From: Amoebidium appalachense
Taxonomy: Eukaryota > Protista > Ichthyosporea
Length of the DNA stretch: 64,000 bases
Assembly (NCBI GenBank): GCA_963693365.1
Contig: CAVNZM010000003.1
Coordinates: 965,506 to 1,029,505, forward strand
Direction of reading: 5' to 3'
A program made the position numbers and the translations under genes. Below the pieces are notes generated by a model. The model did not search any database, had not been told where the DNA came from, and saw only the letters and a list, made by a program, of their open reading frames with translations. This document shows positions 20,201 through 33,895 of this stretch, one piece after another. Numbering within the stretch: the stretch's first letter is position 1; each line of letters begins with the position of its first letter.

Positions 20201-22880
20201 GTAAAACGGACAGAGAAATACCAGCCCATACTTCGCACGTAAAAAGCGCAGTGTAACACGTAAAACGGCAGAGAAATGCCAACACATACTTCGCACGTAA
20301 AACGGGCAGTGTAATTCCAACACATAATTTACATGTAAAACGGGCAGCCTGAGAAATACCAGCACATACTTCGCACGTAAAACGGGCGGTGTAATTCCAT
20401 CACATACTATCTCACACGTTAACCTCTAGGGGACCAGACTTTTTGATTCTACCGGCTCTCGGTAGGGACCTAAACAACTCTATTGCGGCTCATAATCGAT
20501 AGAAAAGGCTCAAATAAAATGCATATGCCGACAGGTATATCTTACCTACAAACGTTACTAAGATGGTTTGGGGAAAATATCGTTATTTCGTATACTTTGA
20601 TATCTGTTTCTGAAGTGACTTTCGAGATTTTGAGAAAATCTTGGAGTTGCCATCGAATGTCGACTGAACCGGCCAATCATGTTTTGCCAATTCAAGTTGG
20701 AGCCATTTTCAAAATGGTCTAATCAGAAGATTGCATTGACAGCATTTGGATGTCGTCAAGCCGGCAAGCACCCTTTGTAGATAAACATGGCATATACAAG
20801 GTATCGTTATTAGAGTTAAGTTCCTTTTTTTTTTTTTGCATAACGAAGGATAAGTATATTTTCTAATCACGTGCAACTTTCATTTGGCTAGTTCCAATCA
20901 ACTTCATGTTCACATTAGAGCACAAACTTGGTCGTCTCCGTGCTAGTGACCTCGATCTCGATCTCGTGAAATTTACGGTCCTCAAGATGTTAAATGGACA
21001 GCCTGATAAATTCCAGCACATACTTCGCACGTCATTCGGGCGGTGAGATTCCCATGCATACTTCGCAAGTAAACCGGCAGAGAAATGCCAACGCATACTT
21101 CGCACGTAAAATGGGCAGTGTAATTCCAACACATACTTTGTATGTAAAACGGGCAGCCTGAGTAATACCAACACGTACTTCGCACGTAAAACGGGCAGTG
21201 TAATTCCAACGCTTACTTCGCACGCAAAACGGGGAGAGAAATACCAACGCATACTTCGCACGTAAAATGGGGGGTGTAATTCCAACGCATACTTTGGACG
21301 TAAAACGGGCATAGAAATACCAACACATCCTTAGCACGTAAAACGGGCGGTGTAATTCCAACGCATACTTTGGACGTAAAACGGGCATAGAAATACCAAC
21401 GCATACTTCGCACGTAAAACGGGCGGTGTAATTCCAACGCATACTTCACACGTAAAGCGGCAGGGTAATACCAACGCATAATTCGTGCCACGTAAAACGG
21501 CGGTGTAATTCCAACGCATGCTTTGCACGTAAAACAAGCAGTGTAATTCCAACGCATACTTCGCACGTAAAATGGGCAGAGAAATACCAATGCATACTTC
21601 GCACATAAAAGGCGCGGTGTCATTCCAACTCATACTTCGCACGTAAAACGGGCGGTGTAATTCCAACGCATACTTCGCACGTAAATCGGGCGGTGCTATT
21701 CCAACGCATACTTTGCACGTAAAACGGTCAGAGAAATACCAACGCATACTTCGCACGTAAAACGGGCGGCGTGATTCCAACGAATACTTAGCACGTAAAA
21801 CAGGCAGAGAAATACCAACACATACTTCGCACGTCAAACGGGCAGCCTGCGATATACCAGCACATACTTCGCACGTAAAACGGGCGGTGTAATTCCAACG
21901 CATACTTCGCACGTAAAACGGGCAGAGAAATACCAACCCATGCTTCGCACGTAAAACGGGCGGTGCAATTTCAACCCATACTTCGCACGTTAAACGGACA
22001 GCCTGATAAATATAACGCATACTTCGCACGTAAAACGGGCGGTGTCATTCCAATGCATACTTTGCACGTAAAATGGGCTTTCATGGTTAACCCCCACTCA
22101 TTGGGTTCATTTGGTGGCAAACTAAGTGCCGTGCATGATACTTACCCAATCTAAAGCTCTTTATGGAAATGTTACAAACAATGTTCGTAGATGCATCATA
22201 TCAGAAACAACAAAATACTACCAAATATCACTAACAGAATTTGCATTACTGCCGCTCTGTCCGACAAAGCCATGATCATAATATTTCAGTAAATCCATTA
22301 TAAAAAAAACATTGCGTACTACTAAGTGGTTGTTTTGCGAAGACTTCCAGCGGCTAGTAATCATACCGGGAGTAATACGGTAACAGGCTATATACGGTAT
22401 ATCTGCATACTTCGCACGTGAAACGGGCAGTAGAATAAAAATGCATACTTCACAGATGAAACTGGCAGTGGAATACCAACACATACTTGGAAAGTAAAAA
22501 GGGCAGTAGAATACCAACACATACTTCGCACATAAAACGGGCAGTGAAATACCAATGCATACTTCGTACACCAAGAGGGGTGGTGGAATACCAACACATA
22601 CTTTAAACGTCATAAGGGTCAGTGAAATACCAACACATACTTCGCATATGAAACGGGCAGTGGAATACCAACGCATACTTCGCACATCAAAATGAGCAGT
22701 GCAAATACCAATACATACTAACTTACGTAAAACGGGGGCCGTCGAATACCAACACATACTTCGCACATCAAAAAGGGCAGTGAAATACGAACGCATACTT
22801 CGCACATCAAAAGGGTCGGTCAAATAGTGTTGCATACTTCGCGGTGGAATGCCAGCGCATATTACTTTGCACGTGAAAAG
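17228..22880. repeat. 38-bp tandem array (minisatellite/satellite) in three blocks, roughly 120 units
   Basis: Core CCAACGCATACTTCGCACGTAAAACGGGC joined by linker AGAGAAATA or (A/G)GTGTAATT, often alternating. Blocks at ~17228-20418, 20994-22078 and 22404-22880. Unit count estimated from length. Confidence 0.95.
20423..20989. mobile_element. Non-autonomous piggyBac-like element inserted in the array
   Basis: TTAA at 20419-20422 and 20990-20993. Terminal inverted repeats CCTCTAGGGGACC and GGTCCTCAAGATG match at 10/13. Removing the insert restores cacgttaaa.ggacagcctgataaa, the same unit seen intact at ~21986-22010. Confidence 0.85.
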
Positions 22881-23178
22881 GGGCTGCCCTTCATCCCAGT
22901 GACCTGTTACTAGCTGCCTGCCCTTGCTGCTGACCTGTTCGCAAACAGCCAGTCGAGCTCTGCTACTGCCTCTATAACAGCCAACACAGCTTCTATAGGC
23001 CACCGCTCACGGAGCATCTACAAGAACACTATCGGCAAGATGGACGTGTTGGTATTGTCCTCCCCCCCCCCCCCCCCCCCCCCCCCCGGCTGCCAACCCT
23101 CCCCCTCAACCAGATTGAGTGGCACCCCGGCTACCCACACATGTGGGTACACCCGTACACCCACCCCTTGCCCTAAAG

Positions 23179-23212
<34 letters not shown>

Positions 23213-23421
23213 CCTCTACCACGAATACCCTCAGTCTGTGTCACCCTAACATCCCCCCTCTCCTGACGCCCTTGCACTGGGCCACTTGGGCAAGCTCGAG
23301 GCCAGCTTTGGTGTGCTGGTACATGCAAACACATAAGCACACACATGTCATGCTGGCACACACGCGGGTGCACACACACACACACACACACATGCTCGCA
23401 CGCACGGGCACAAGCACACAC

Positions 23422-23470
<49 letters not shown>

Positions 23471-24199
23471 TTGCTCGCACGCATACACCCACGTGCACCC
23501 ACCCACACAGACACCCACACAAACAAGGACACGCACACACAGAGAGAGACACGTACTTACACACACACACACACTTGCACACACACATTTAAAGACCAAC
23601 ACGGGACCTGGGCTGCCCATTGCAAATTGTGGGTTAGAAGGGTGGTGGCAGCAGCAACAGGGGGAGGGGGGGGGGGGGGGGGGGGGGTTGAATGGGGATG
23701 GACCACGGTTTAAGCGGATAACATAATTTTTATTCGTGAATGTGGCAGAAAATACCGCTTTCTAAATACAGAAAAGTCCACATTTTGCCCTGTGTGTACA
23801 CTGCTTATGATACATCTGACACCGTATTTTGTACCTTTCAGTGACTGATGAGACTAGAAAGCGCATTTTATCCACACAGAAATCGGCAATTTTCAGAAAC
23901 ATGCACGGCCTATGGCGGCATGGCAATTAGAGCCTGAAGACAATGGTCGTCTCCATGTTCTTGTGTGTGTGTGTGTGTGTGTGTGTGGCGGCGGCGGCGG
24001 CGGTGTTTGGGGGAAAGGGGGGGGGGGAGGGGAAGGAGGGGGGGGGGGGGGGGGGGGGAGGGGGAGGAGGGCAGAGCAGGGGATCCGGAGAAGGCAGGGG
24101 GTGGTCAGGATCCGAGGGGCGACCAAGGAGGAGTACGGCAGGGTCACCCCCCCCCCCCCCCCCCCCCCCCGGGCCCCCCCCCCCATCCCGAAAGAAAAA

Positions 24200-24733
24200 C
24201 AAAAAAATAACTTGACACAAAAAAACACTTGCACACACACATCCCATCCCCCCCCCCCCCCCCCTCCTCCCCCCTCCCCCTCCCCTCCACCACCACCACC
24301 ACCTCCCCCCCCCCCCCCCCCCCCCCCTTCCCCCTTCCCCCTCCATTTTTATCCCATACTCCACCCAAAGGGCCCCTATGTTGTCAATTTTTAGTGTTTC
24401 AGAGTGCAGAGTGCACAATCACGGCAGACAACAAATGCACTTTTTGCTAGGCACACACAAAGGTTGGGCATAATTTTGCAGACACAAAAGATTATGCATA
24501 GTATTGCAGAGCCCATTCCCTGGAAGAGGGGGGGGGGGGGGGGGGGGGGATGGTGTAGGAGGGACGACAAGCACGCACGTATTTGGAAGCAATAAGATAT
24601 TTCTTTAGGGTGTCATATGAGAGTCCGGTTTATGAAAATTAAACGTGCAGGGACTGTTGAGCAAATTAGTATTAATGATTGTGTCTATTGTATGTGCGCA
24701 TGTGTGCACAGGTGTGCGTGTGTGTGTGTGTGT

Positions 24734-24820
<87 letters not shown>

Positions 24821-24951
24821 GGGGTGCATTTCGATATATGCTTGTGTTGGTGCCTGTGTCCATGTGTGTATGTGTTAGTGGTTTCATGGTGCTTGTGAGT
24901 GTGTGTATGCATGTGTGCTTGTGTGTGTGTGTGCGTGCGTGCGCATGCATG

Positions 24952-25026
<75 letters not shown>

Positions 25027-25226
25027 CACGGTGTGTGTGTGTGTGCGTGTCTTGTGTGTGTGTGTGTGTGTGCGTGTGTGTGTCTGTGCGGGTGCACTTC
25101 GATCTATGCTTGTGTTGGTGCCTGTGTCTATGTGTGTATGTGTTAGTGGTTTCATGATGGTGCTTGTGTGTGTGTGTGTATGCATTTGTGCTTGTGTGTG
25201 TGTGTGCGCGCGCGCGCGCATGCATG

Positions 25227-25319
<93 letters not shown>

Positions 25320-25371
25320 CGGTGTGTGTGTGTGTTGCATGTGTGTGTGTGTGTTTGTGTGTGTGTGCATG

Positions 25372-25412
<41 letters not shown>

Positions 25413-25423
25413 ATGCATGCATG

Positions 25424-25469
<46 letters not shown>

Positions 25470-26067
25470 CAAGTGCAAATTCGTTGTATGCACATGGGTG
25501 CAACAATTGCAATTAGATTAAAGGTTTCAAACCCCAGGGCCTCCCATCTGCCCCTCTTCCTCCACAGCCCTCCTCCCCGCGTTTACACCATCACCCTGAC
25601 TCACCTCTCCCCACGTGCCCGTACCATTTCTTAACTTCTACCCTTTGCCAACCAGAAGCCCCCGTCCCCCCCCCCCCCCCACCCCCTCTCCTCCTCCCCC
25701 CCCCCCCATCCCCGCCCGCATTGCCTTCTTCCTGTCACCACCTAGTTGCCTCCCGATGTGCCAACCCTCCCCCTCTCCCCCCTCCCGTGCATCTTCCATC
25801 TCTCCTTAGTGACCCCCCCCCTCCCCCACCACCACCACCACCAAAGACCACCCCCACAGACACACACACATACACAGACACACTCCCAGGCCTGTGTCAA
25901 CCACCGGAATGTGTTTGTGCGCGTGGGCAGCGCGTGTGTATGTGCCTGTATACGTACGTGGGTGTATCGATGTGTGTGTAGTGTGTGTGTGCCGGTGTGT
26001 GTGTATGTGTTTGTGTATCTTCTTGTGCCAGTGTGTGTGTGCGCACGCATGTGTATGTGTGTGGCCG

Positions 26068-26100
<33 letters not shown>

Positions 26101-26197
26101 TGGGGAAAAAGAACCTACGTTGGAAAAAGCATAATGCAACTAGTGCTGATAGGACCATCTTATCTCTGGGCAGGCAGAAGGTGTGTGTGTGCGCGCG

Positions 26198-26244
<47 letters not shown>

Positions 26245-26400
26245 CGTGTGTGTACACGTGTGTGAAAGGGGGGGGGGGGGGGGGGGGGGGGATATGGCCT
26301 CATGAAAAAAGAAATGGCGCAAAGGAAACCCGAGCCTTTTGGGGGAGAAATGGCTGTGCACGTGTGTATGTGTACGTTGGGGGGAGGGGAGGGAGGGGGG
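24200..26400 (+). repeat. Dispersed repeat module D, copy 1 (copy 2 at ~38590-40400)
   Basis: Collinear unique blocks between microsatellites, e.g. tttatcccatactccacccaaagggcccctatgttgtc, gggtgtcatatgagagtcc, ctctccccacgtgccc.taccatttctta and ggaaaaagcat.at.caactagtgctgata.gaccatc.tatctctg. Confidence 0.9.
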
Positions 26401-27032
26401 GGGGGGGGGGGGGGGGGTGTTGGAGTACACTGGTACTCCCGGCTAGCAATGTCTGTTAGAGAAAGTTTCTGAGCAATTGAATAATTGTTTCAACACTCAC
26501 TCGAGTGCATAGAACTTTTGTTTACGGTCATATTCATATATGGTAGTTATATGTTTGAGCCAAAACTGTACCAATGCAACGTGCTAATTGTGCTCATTAA
26601 TTAATATTCCCGGTTCAGATGATGTCATGTCTATATTTGCCACAGGATTCTATTCTTAGAGTGGTAGTGTGCTTTATTCCCGGATATTCTCAGAATATGT
26701 TTAGTTGTGTGAAGTAAGATTTACATTTAACTGCAATTGGTGTGTTAAACACGTTTATTTGTGTGCTTTAGTGCAAGTTAACTAGCCACTCAACATGCAC
26801 AGTTAACTTTTATATCTTTAACGACTTGTTTTCATTGTGCTCTCTTTTCGGCCATGCTGTACATGGCCCACCACCAGGGTGCACACGAGGCCACCATGAG
26901 GTGGCCAACGACTATATAAAGCAGTGCCTCCCATGTCACAAACATGGGAAGCAGAACATTTGATTTACACTTTTCTACTGTCGTTTTCAGTGCACAAAAC
27001 ACATAGACTAGTTACCCATCATACACGACACT

Positions 27033-27164
27033 ATGTCTGACAAGTTACAGTTGCAGCAACTAGTCCAACTACTGGAGCAGAGGTTGGCCTCACAAGATGC
27101 AATCATTTCTGACTTACAGAAGGAACAACGTGCACTAGAACTAGCTTCTATGAACACAATGTCC

Positions 27165-27227
<63 letters not shown>

Positions 27228-27245
27228 CGGGTGCAGCCTGATTAA
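27033..27245 (+). CDS. Possible short coiled-coil ORF or first exon
   Basis: MSDKLQLQQLVQLLEQRLASQDAIISDLQKEQRALE has a heptad pattern, and TATATAAA lies at ~26913. The frame then runs into a long poly-G tract, so the end is unreliable. Confidence 0.3.
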
Positions 27246-27961
27246 TAATAGTGCGAAGCAGGCATATTTTAAATGCAAAGGTGTAAACAGACAAATATGA
27301 GATACCTGCACGAAAGACACGTGTGGGGTGGTTCTATAGAGGATTGGGAGAGCCAGCTGGACCGAAATAATTAGAACCATCATCACCAAGGCCACTGAGA
27401 ACCAATACACGTGCTGGTGGTGTAGGCGCCAAAAAAAAGCCTAAGTTAGGTTTTACAATGGTTTTAAAGTTTTAAAGTGAGGCGGCTTGACATGCTGCGG
27501 CACCATTTGAATTTTTTGATTCTACGTAGACTACCAGAGCACAACAGATTTAATAAAGAGCACTTGCCACGTGCACCCTGATATATCGATTGTGTAGATC
27601 AGTACTATAGCACAGAGTCTGACAAGACAGCAATCATGTGGGCCCCCGATATTCATGTGTGGCCTATTATGTTGTGTACATATGTGCTTTGCCCAAGGCC
27701 ATGTGCTTGACCACGGGTGCCGCGTCAGCCCACGTGCACGTACACGTGCATGCGCATGGCATTGCAGCAGTCTGAGAGTCACTGCGTGGCGAGCTTTGTG
27801 AGTATCGAACAGGCGTCATGTATGTTGACACTTGCATACACGTTTGTCTTGGCAAGTGGCAGTCCCTGAATGGATTGATGGGTGGCGGGAATCACAGATC
27901 ATGAGGTCTGAAGTGCCTGTGTGTGTGTGTGTGCGTGTGTGCGTGTGTGCGTGTGTGCGTG

Positions 27962-28006
<45 letters not shown>

Positions 28007-28305
28007 ACGTACGCGTGTGTGTGTGACGGTGTGTGTGTGTGTGTGTGATACAGTGTGTGTGTGCGTGCGTGCGTGTGTGTGTGTGGTGTCTGTCGTGTCT
28101 TGTGTACACGTGTGTGTGTGTGTGTGTGTGCATGTGCGTGTACATATTACACGTGTTTGTGTGTCACGGTGTGCACACGTTTGTCAATGAATGTGCACGC
28201 GTGTGTGTGTGCCCGCGCGTGTGTCTACTGTCATGCGTGTGTGTGTGTGCACATACCACGGTGCCGCGATGGGTACGTGTGTGTGTCTGCGATGTACACG
28301 TGCCA

Positions 28306-28346
<41 letters not shown>

Positions 28347-30588
28347 TACGAAGCGAAAACTTCAGGGGATTGCCTCAGAGATTTTGTACACGTGTTTCTC
28401 CGAGCTTCGCACGCGGCGGCGGCAGTAGAACCAATCCATGAACGGTTCGGTCCAAACCGCCAGACCGGGGTTTGTAATGTCGAACCAAACCGAACCGTTA
28501 CGAGTCGGTTCAAACCGGTCGAACCATGCATATGTGTCCCTTATGGTTTTCCTGTGTAATTTTCTATGTTTATGCGTGTAGAAGTGTGTGTGGGTGCCTG
28601 TGCGTGTATGTTTAGTGTTTTTGGGGAGCCGTTTTCCAGCGGGGAGTGAACGGTGGTGGGTCCCCCGCCTGAACTTGTTCTACTCGCCCCACCTCCGGCT
28701 CCCTCCCTGGACCGGCCTGGCCGAATCTCCCCGGCCACGGCTCAGACCGGGATGGGGGTTTACGCTGTTTACTCGAGGCAAAGACCGGGATGTCAAACCG
28801 AAATAATGCATTGAGTAGAACTGAAGCCATGAAATGGTCTGATTGGACAAAATGTAAAGGCTCAAAGGACCATTGGCTGGTGCGAGTTGGCACCAATTTA
28901 ATATTTTGTGACGCTCAGGCATGCGCCCCACATAAAAAATGTTGATTAGCCACAAACGTGGGTGCATGCATCTCGCCATCTCAGTGTACTGTGTATGTTC
29001 ATTTATGTGTAACTGCTGACTAAAAAAGGATAACTTATGAATATTTCATATTTCGTTTTTTCTATCTTTCTTTTCTCTTCTTTTTATTTCTTTCTTTTTT
29101 TTGCGGTTCTGATCAGAGAATATGCTGGTCTCTGATGACCGAGCCCAGTGTAGATGTACAAAAAACACATTCCACCTGCGAGTCAGAATTGATATGGGCT
29201 CTGAGCAGAGAGGAATCCACTGATAAAGCTTTGCCCCGTCTACGCCGTCAGGCAGATTACCGTTTTCAATAATGCGAAATTATCTCATTCCCTAACAGTT
29301 TCATATTTTGGACTGGTAAACATTTGGTGGATATTCAGTGTGTTCTGATCTTTCTGAAACAAAATGTGTGATCGTGAGTGAATGTAAACAAACGGCTGGC
29401 TGCGCCAACCCGCTATTCTGTCCTGACACACTTGGAATCGTCCCCCTACACTAATACTTGGGGAAAGTCAGCAAATTTCACAGGAATGCTGTAAAAACAG
29501 CTACCGTTTCACAGCTTTTTTGGGGCGTTGTGTTCCGTAATTAACATTTGATTAGTTTATATATATATATATAGAAGATGTTTTATGCGTGTTATAAAAT
29601 GTAAATATCTTACAAAAGTTGAAAAATTGCTTGTTTTAGTTCCCGATGTACTTGAAGTAACTGTGGGGTACAAGGAATAAAGTTAGGGAGAAAATTGGAT
29701 CACACAGTCCAATTACACTTGGCTGCTTCTTGGTTTTCATTGTTTGTAAGTCATGCATTGCACTTTAGCGTAAAAATTACGTAGACCAGTTAAACCAATC
29801 GGAGTCTTTAAAGTTGTTCGAGAACCGATTCCGATTGGTTATAGACCCCACGACGCCATGTGTTCACCCTATACTACATCGTTACACTGATTTTCCACTC
29901 AGCGATTACACAGGAAAAATGAGGTGACGAACATAACATGAAGTTACCGAGATTCGCAGAGGCTTTATTTAAGTTTATTAATTGAATACTAATATTGAAG
30001 TGTAATAAATGACAAAACGTTCAGTTTAGTGCAAAGTTGTAACATTTCAAGATCGAAGCTGGTTTTCTATCATCAAGATTTGCGAGATGTGATTTGAGCT
30101 CTAGGGGGTTAAGCGCCAGGCTTGAGTCACCAACTTTCCACTGAGGCTGGTCAGTGCAGTTGGGTGTAATTTTTGAAACGTAAGCTTACACCGAAAGTGT
30201 TGGGGTTTGAGTTTACTGTCGTACACGTATTAGTTTTCCTCACTGACTTTCATTGCTACCCCATTCATTGCCTAGTGGCTGCTACCTTTTGCATACGGCA
30301 GAGTTCACCCAAAGTCTTTACGACCCTTCTTCCTTCGCCAACTGCCGAGATTTAGCTAGACAAGGAGAAACATCATCCCACATGCGCACGAGCATAGCAT
30401 AGAGGCGTTGGTATGCGTTATGAACACACATTACTTGCATGTCGGCGCTTTATATTTCAGTGAGCAGCTTCTAACTCCGTATGGCATTCTAGAACATGCT
30501 AGTAAACGCAACATCAACTCCAGCATTTAGTTTCTGATCACATCATAACGTTCACCTGTTGCACTGGGTTTGGCCCAGACGTTTCACC

Positions 30589-32969
30589 ATGGGCAACACA
30601 CAGAACAAATCGGTTAAGCTGGCGTCAGTTTTGAACAATGCTAGCATACTTAGCGTCGTAGATCACGGCAACAAGACCCGGCCGCAAAACGGTGCGAGAA
30701 GTGAAAATGGGAACCCCATGGATGTGCTTTCGGGGGGTACCACACCAATTAGCGTGCGGACACCCCCCATCAAACCAACCGGGAAGTCGCAGTTTTCGAA
30801 ATTCAAAAAGAATTCACTTTTGCGCAGCCGGGGGGGTTCGGCGCCAAACGTTAATCCTACACCAGTGGTCGCCATTTCGCTCGATGTGGATGTTGACATG
30901 GAAGATGCCATGCCCCAACAAAGTGCAAAGAGCATCTCGTTTGACCATGCAGAGCGCCTGTCACAGCATTCACGACCAAATTCAATAGACCACACAAGCA
31001 AGAGCGGAAAGGGGCTCGTTTCTATGCCCCGTGTCTTGAAGAAACACGCTTATCACCACAGCAAAGTAGCACATTCTCACAGTGACGGCAGTTTAAATAA
31101 CAGATCATTGCAATCAGTATCACTAGTTGCACCTGTTGCGGAAACAAAACCACGGCCTGTGAGCCAGTTGACGGCCGATAACTCGATGCCAAATATACCG
31201 AGGTTTATGTCGTTGGATCAGTTTCAGCCCGTCAGGCAAGTGGGCACAGGCAGCTTCGGTGTCGTCACTCTGTCAAGGTGAGCACGGGCAAAATCTCTTG
31301 CTTGGCTTTTCCAAAGTTTCTACTTTTGCACTGATGCATGCTTAAGATCTTGGCTAATGTCGAAGGGATGAGCATAGATCTTGCGTGTTGCTGTCGTGGC
31401 TGCTTACGTGTTATGGGAATCTTCTGTAGCATGTGTGCAGCAACGGAAAATGGTTTCAAAAGTGCAGTTACTCTACCTGGGGATGGGGGAAAAGGGGGGG
31501 GGGGGGGGGGGGAGAAGGGGAGGATATGCAGTATCTACTGCACACTGTCCACCATCAAACGGCCACAGACACTAATCCGGTTAATACCCTAACAGACATC
31601 GACCCACGGGTGTACCTTGTGTCGTCAAGATGATACACAAGCGCGACACCTTTGCCAAGAAACAGCACGAACATGTTTTGTGGGAGCGTTTCACTCTTGC
31701 GACCTTAACCCTCTCGGACTGTCCGTTCACCGTGCGCGCGCTCGGAATGTTCCAGGACCCTGAAAACCTCTACATCATATCGGAGTTTGTCCCCGGAGGT
31801 GAACTGTTCACCTATTTGGGCCTGCACAACTCGTTCAACGAAGCGACGGCGCGGTTTTACGTTGCCCAATTACTATTGGCTCTTGAGCATATGCATGACT
31901 ACCAGGACATTGTTTATCGCGACATCAAGCCGGAGAACATCCTATTGGACGCGGACGGCTACATCCGATTGGTCGATTTTGGTTTCGCGAAACGCCTGCG
32001 GAGAAACGACAGGACGTTCACGGTCTGCGGCACCCCGGACTATCTTGCGCCCGAGGTTTTGCTCGGCAAGGGCCATGGGCGGGAGGTGGATTTGTGGGCC
32101 ACTGGAGTGTTCATGTGGGAGCTACTGACTGGTAAAGAACCACCCACACCCACCCACCCCCCCCTCCCCGCAAAAAAAAAAAAAAAAAAAAAAAATCCCA
32201 CTTGTTCTCTTTTGCACTCGTTTACATGTAAGTTAGCATTGTGACTTAGGGGTTTTGTAATGAATGTGATCCCCCTGCACAATTCCCCTTAGCAGACGTC
32301 AGCAGTTTTTTTATATTTATGTAGACCACCATGTAAGCAAATCCCGTAATCGAACAGCCCATTTTTGGGCCCGAGTTCACATTGATACTGCATAAAGTTT
32401 CTTGTGCATAATAATCTAAATATATCTTTCATCCAACAACCCAACAAAAAATTATTTCACCAAATAACCAACCATTTGCCTCTCCTGCAGGCTCTGTCCC
32501 CTTCACCGCAACCACGCGCATGGACATGTACCGCAAAATCATCGCCGGCCGCTACGAAATCCCGGACTTTTTCTCGCCGGCCGCAGCAGATCTCATCGCT
32601 GGACTTCTGACGGTCGATCGTGCGGCGCGCCTCGGGTGTTCCGTCGACGGAATCGTCGAGGTGAGGGCACACCCATGGTTCGACGGATTTGATTGGGAGG
32701 CCCTGCTGCAGAAGAAAATGCGGCCCCCTATACTCCCGGTAACACGGGGTCCATGGGATCCGTCAAATTACGCGAGCACGACTTTGGCCCCGACGCCTTC
32801 GAACGAACCTCTGGAGGTTTCGCAGGAAGAGATTGATTTGTATTTTCAGGATTTCGACGTGGTTTTGATCGGACGGGATTTGGTGGTGGAGGATGAGTTT
32901 GTGCTGGTTGAGCCGGCGCCATTTGGGGATTTGGGAAAAACACCGGAAAACGGTGAAGTGTCCCATTGA
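30589..32969 (+). CDS. cAMP-dependent protein kinase catalytic-subunit-like AGC kinase (PKA/PRKX-like), ~567 aa; exons 30589-31277, 31596-32131, 32491-32969
   Basis: GTGSFGVV, VVK, HVLWE, EFVPGGELF, YRDIKPEN, DFGFAK, RTFTVCGTPDYLAPE, HPWF and C-tail FQDF. Both GT-AG introns give in-frame joins. MGN N-terminus. Confidence 0.95.
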
Positions 32970-33851
32970 AATTTTGAATCTTCGTGTGGGTTGTGACAAT
33001 TAATGTGTTAAGGTAATCAATAGTGCCCTCTTGGAGGCAGTTTTGGCTGATGAAGGAATGTATTGAGAATTTAATGCAATCTGTTGTATAAATCAATAAA
33101 TCGGGCCCCGGTGGCTCCTAGGTAAATTCACATAAGGCTTGATTGTTTACTTATTTATTTATTTATTTATTTATTTGGGAGGGGGGGGGGGGGGGGGGGG
33201 GGGGGGAGGGGAATGAAGAGTGGTGCTTGTATGATAGAGAATATGTACAGTTCTCTCCACTGAATGTACTACACAGCTTCTGATGCACTATATGGGATTG
33301 ATGGAGTAGTTAGCTGCTTGATGCACATATAAGGTAACATATTAATTAACATCATAGGCACTTAACACGTACAGTAAGGCTGTTGAAACTTCATATATCT
33401 ACTGTTGAACTTGAGATAACACATGCCGTAGCTTCTGGCTAATGCATTGGCCAGCAAAAATGCAACGCCATAGGGATAAATAAAATGAATAAATAAATAA
33501 AGTACCACGTGGATACTAAACTTTTTTTGAAATGATGAAGTAGTCACTCGGAATACAAATATTAATATTATCTAACAGGGCCCCTTACGCATTACAATGA
33601 TACACCCCTTATTGCAATATTCTTCCCCCCACAATCTAGTCAGGCTGGGGCAAAAGCCCCGGAGCTAAGTGTGTACTAGTAGTTAGAATAGTTACAGTTA
33701 CAATGTTTTATAATTTAATTAACTGACTGCACCTTGATGAGCACCCCAACTATAGGGTACAGTGAGTCGGTGCTGTGTGGAAAACGGTAGCCATATATGA
33801 CTTTCTATGAGGGCTCCCTGGGGGGTCCCTTTGAAAACAAAACGGGATTTT

Positions 33852-33895
<44 letters not shown>

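Noticed and set aside
17228-22880. CRISPR array
   Set aside because: The linkers are ~9 bp and recur as a few variants rather than unique spacers. There are no cas genes and the context is eukaryotic.
17171-23003. ORFs across the 38-bp array (YTARFTCEVCVG repeats)
   Set aside because: A 38-nt unit cycles through all three frames and is broken by many indels, so these are by-products of the repeat.
14780-23900. Modules C and C' as LTRs of a retrotransposon
   Set aside because: The copies are clearly diverged, with no TG...CA ends, PBS/PPT or internal coding remnants seen.
27860-27920. Minus-strand HFRPHDL* resembling a tyrosine recombinase HxLR box
   Set aside because: It is followed by an immediate stop and no other recombinase motifs were found.
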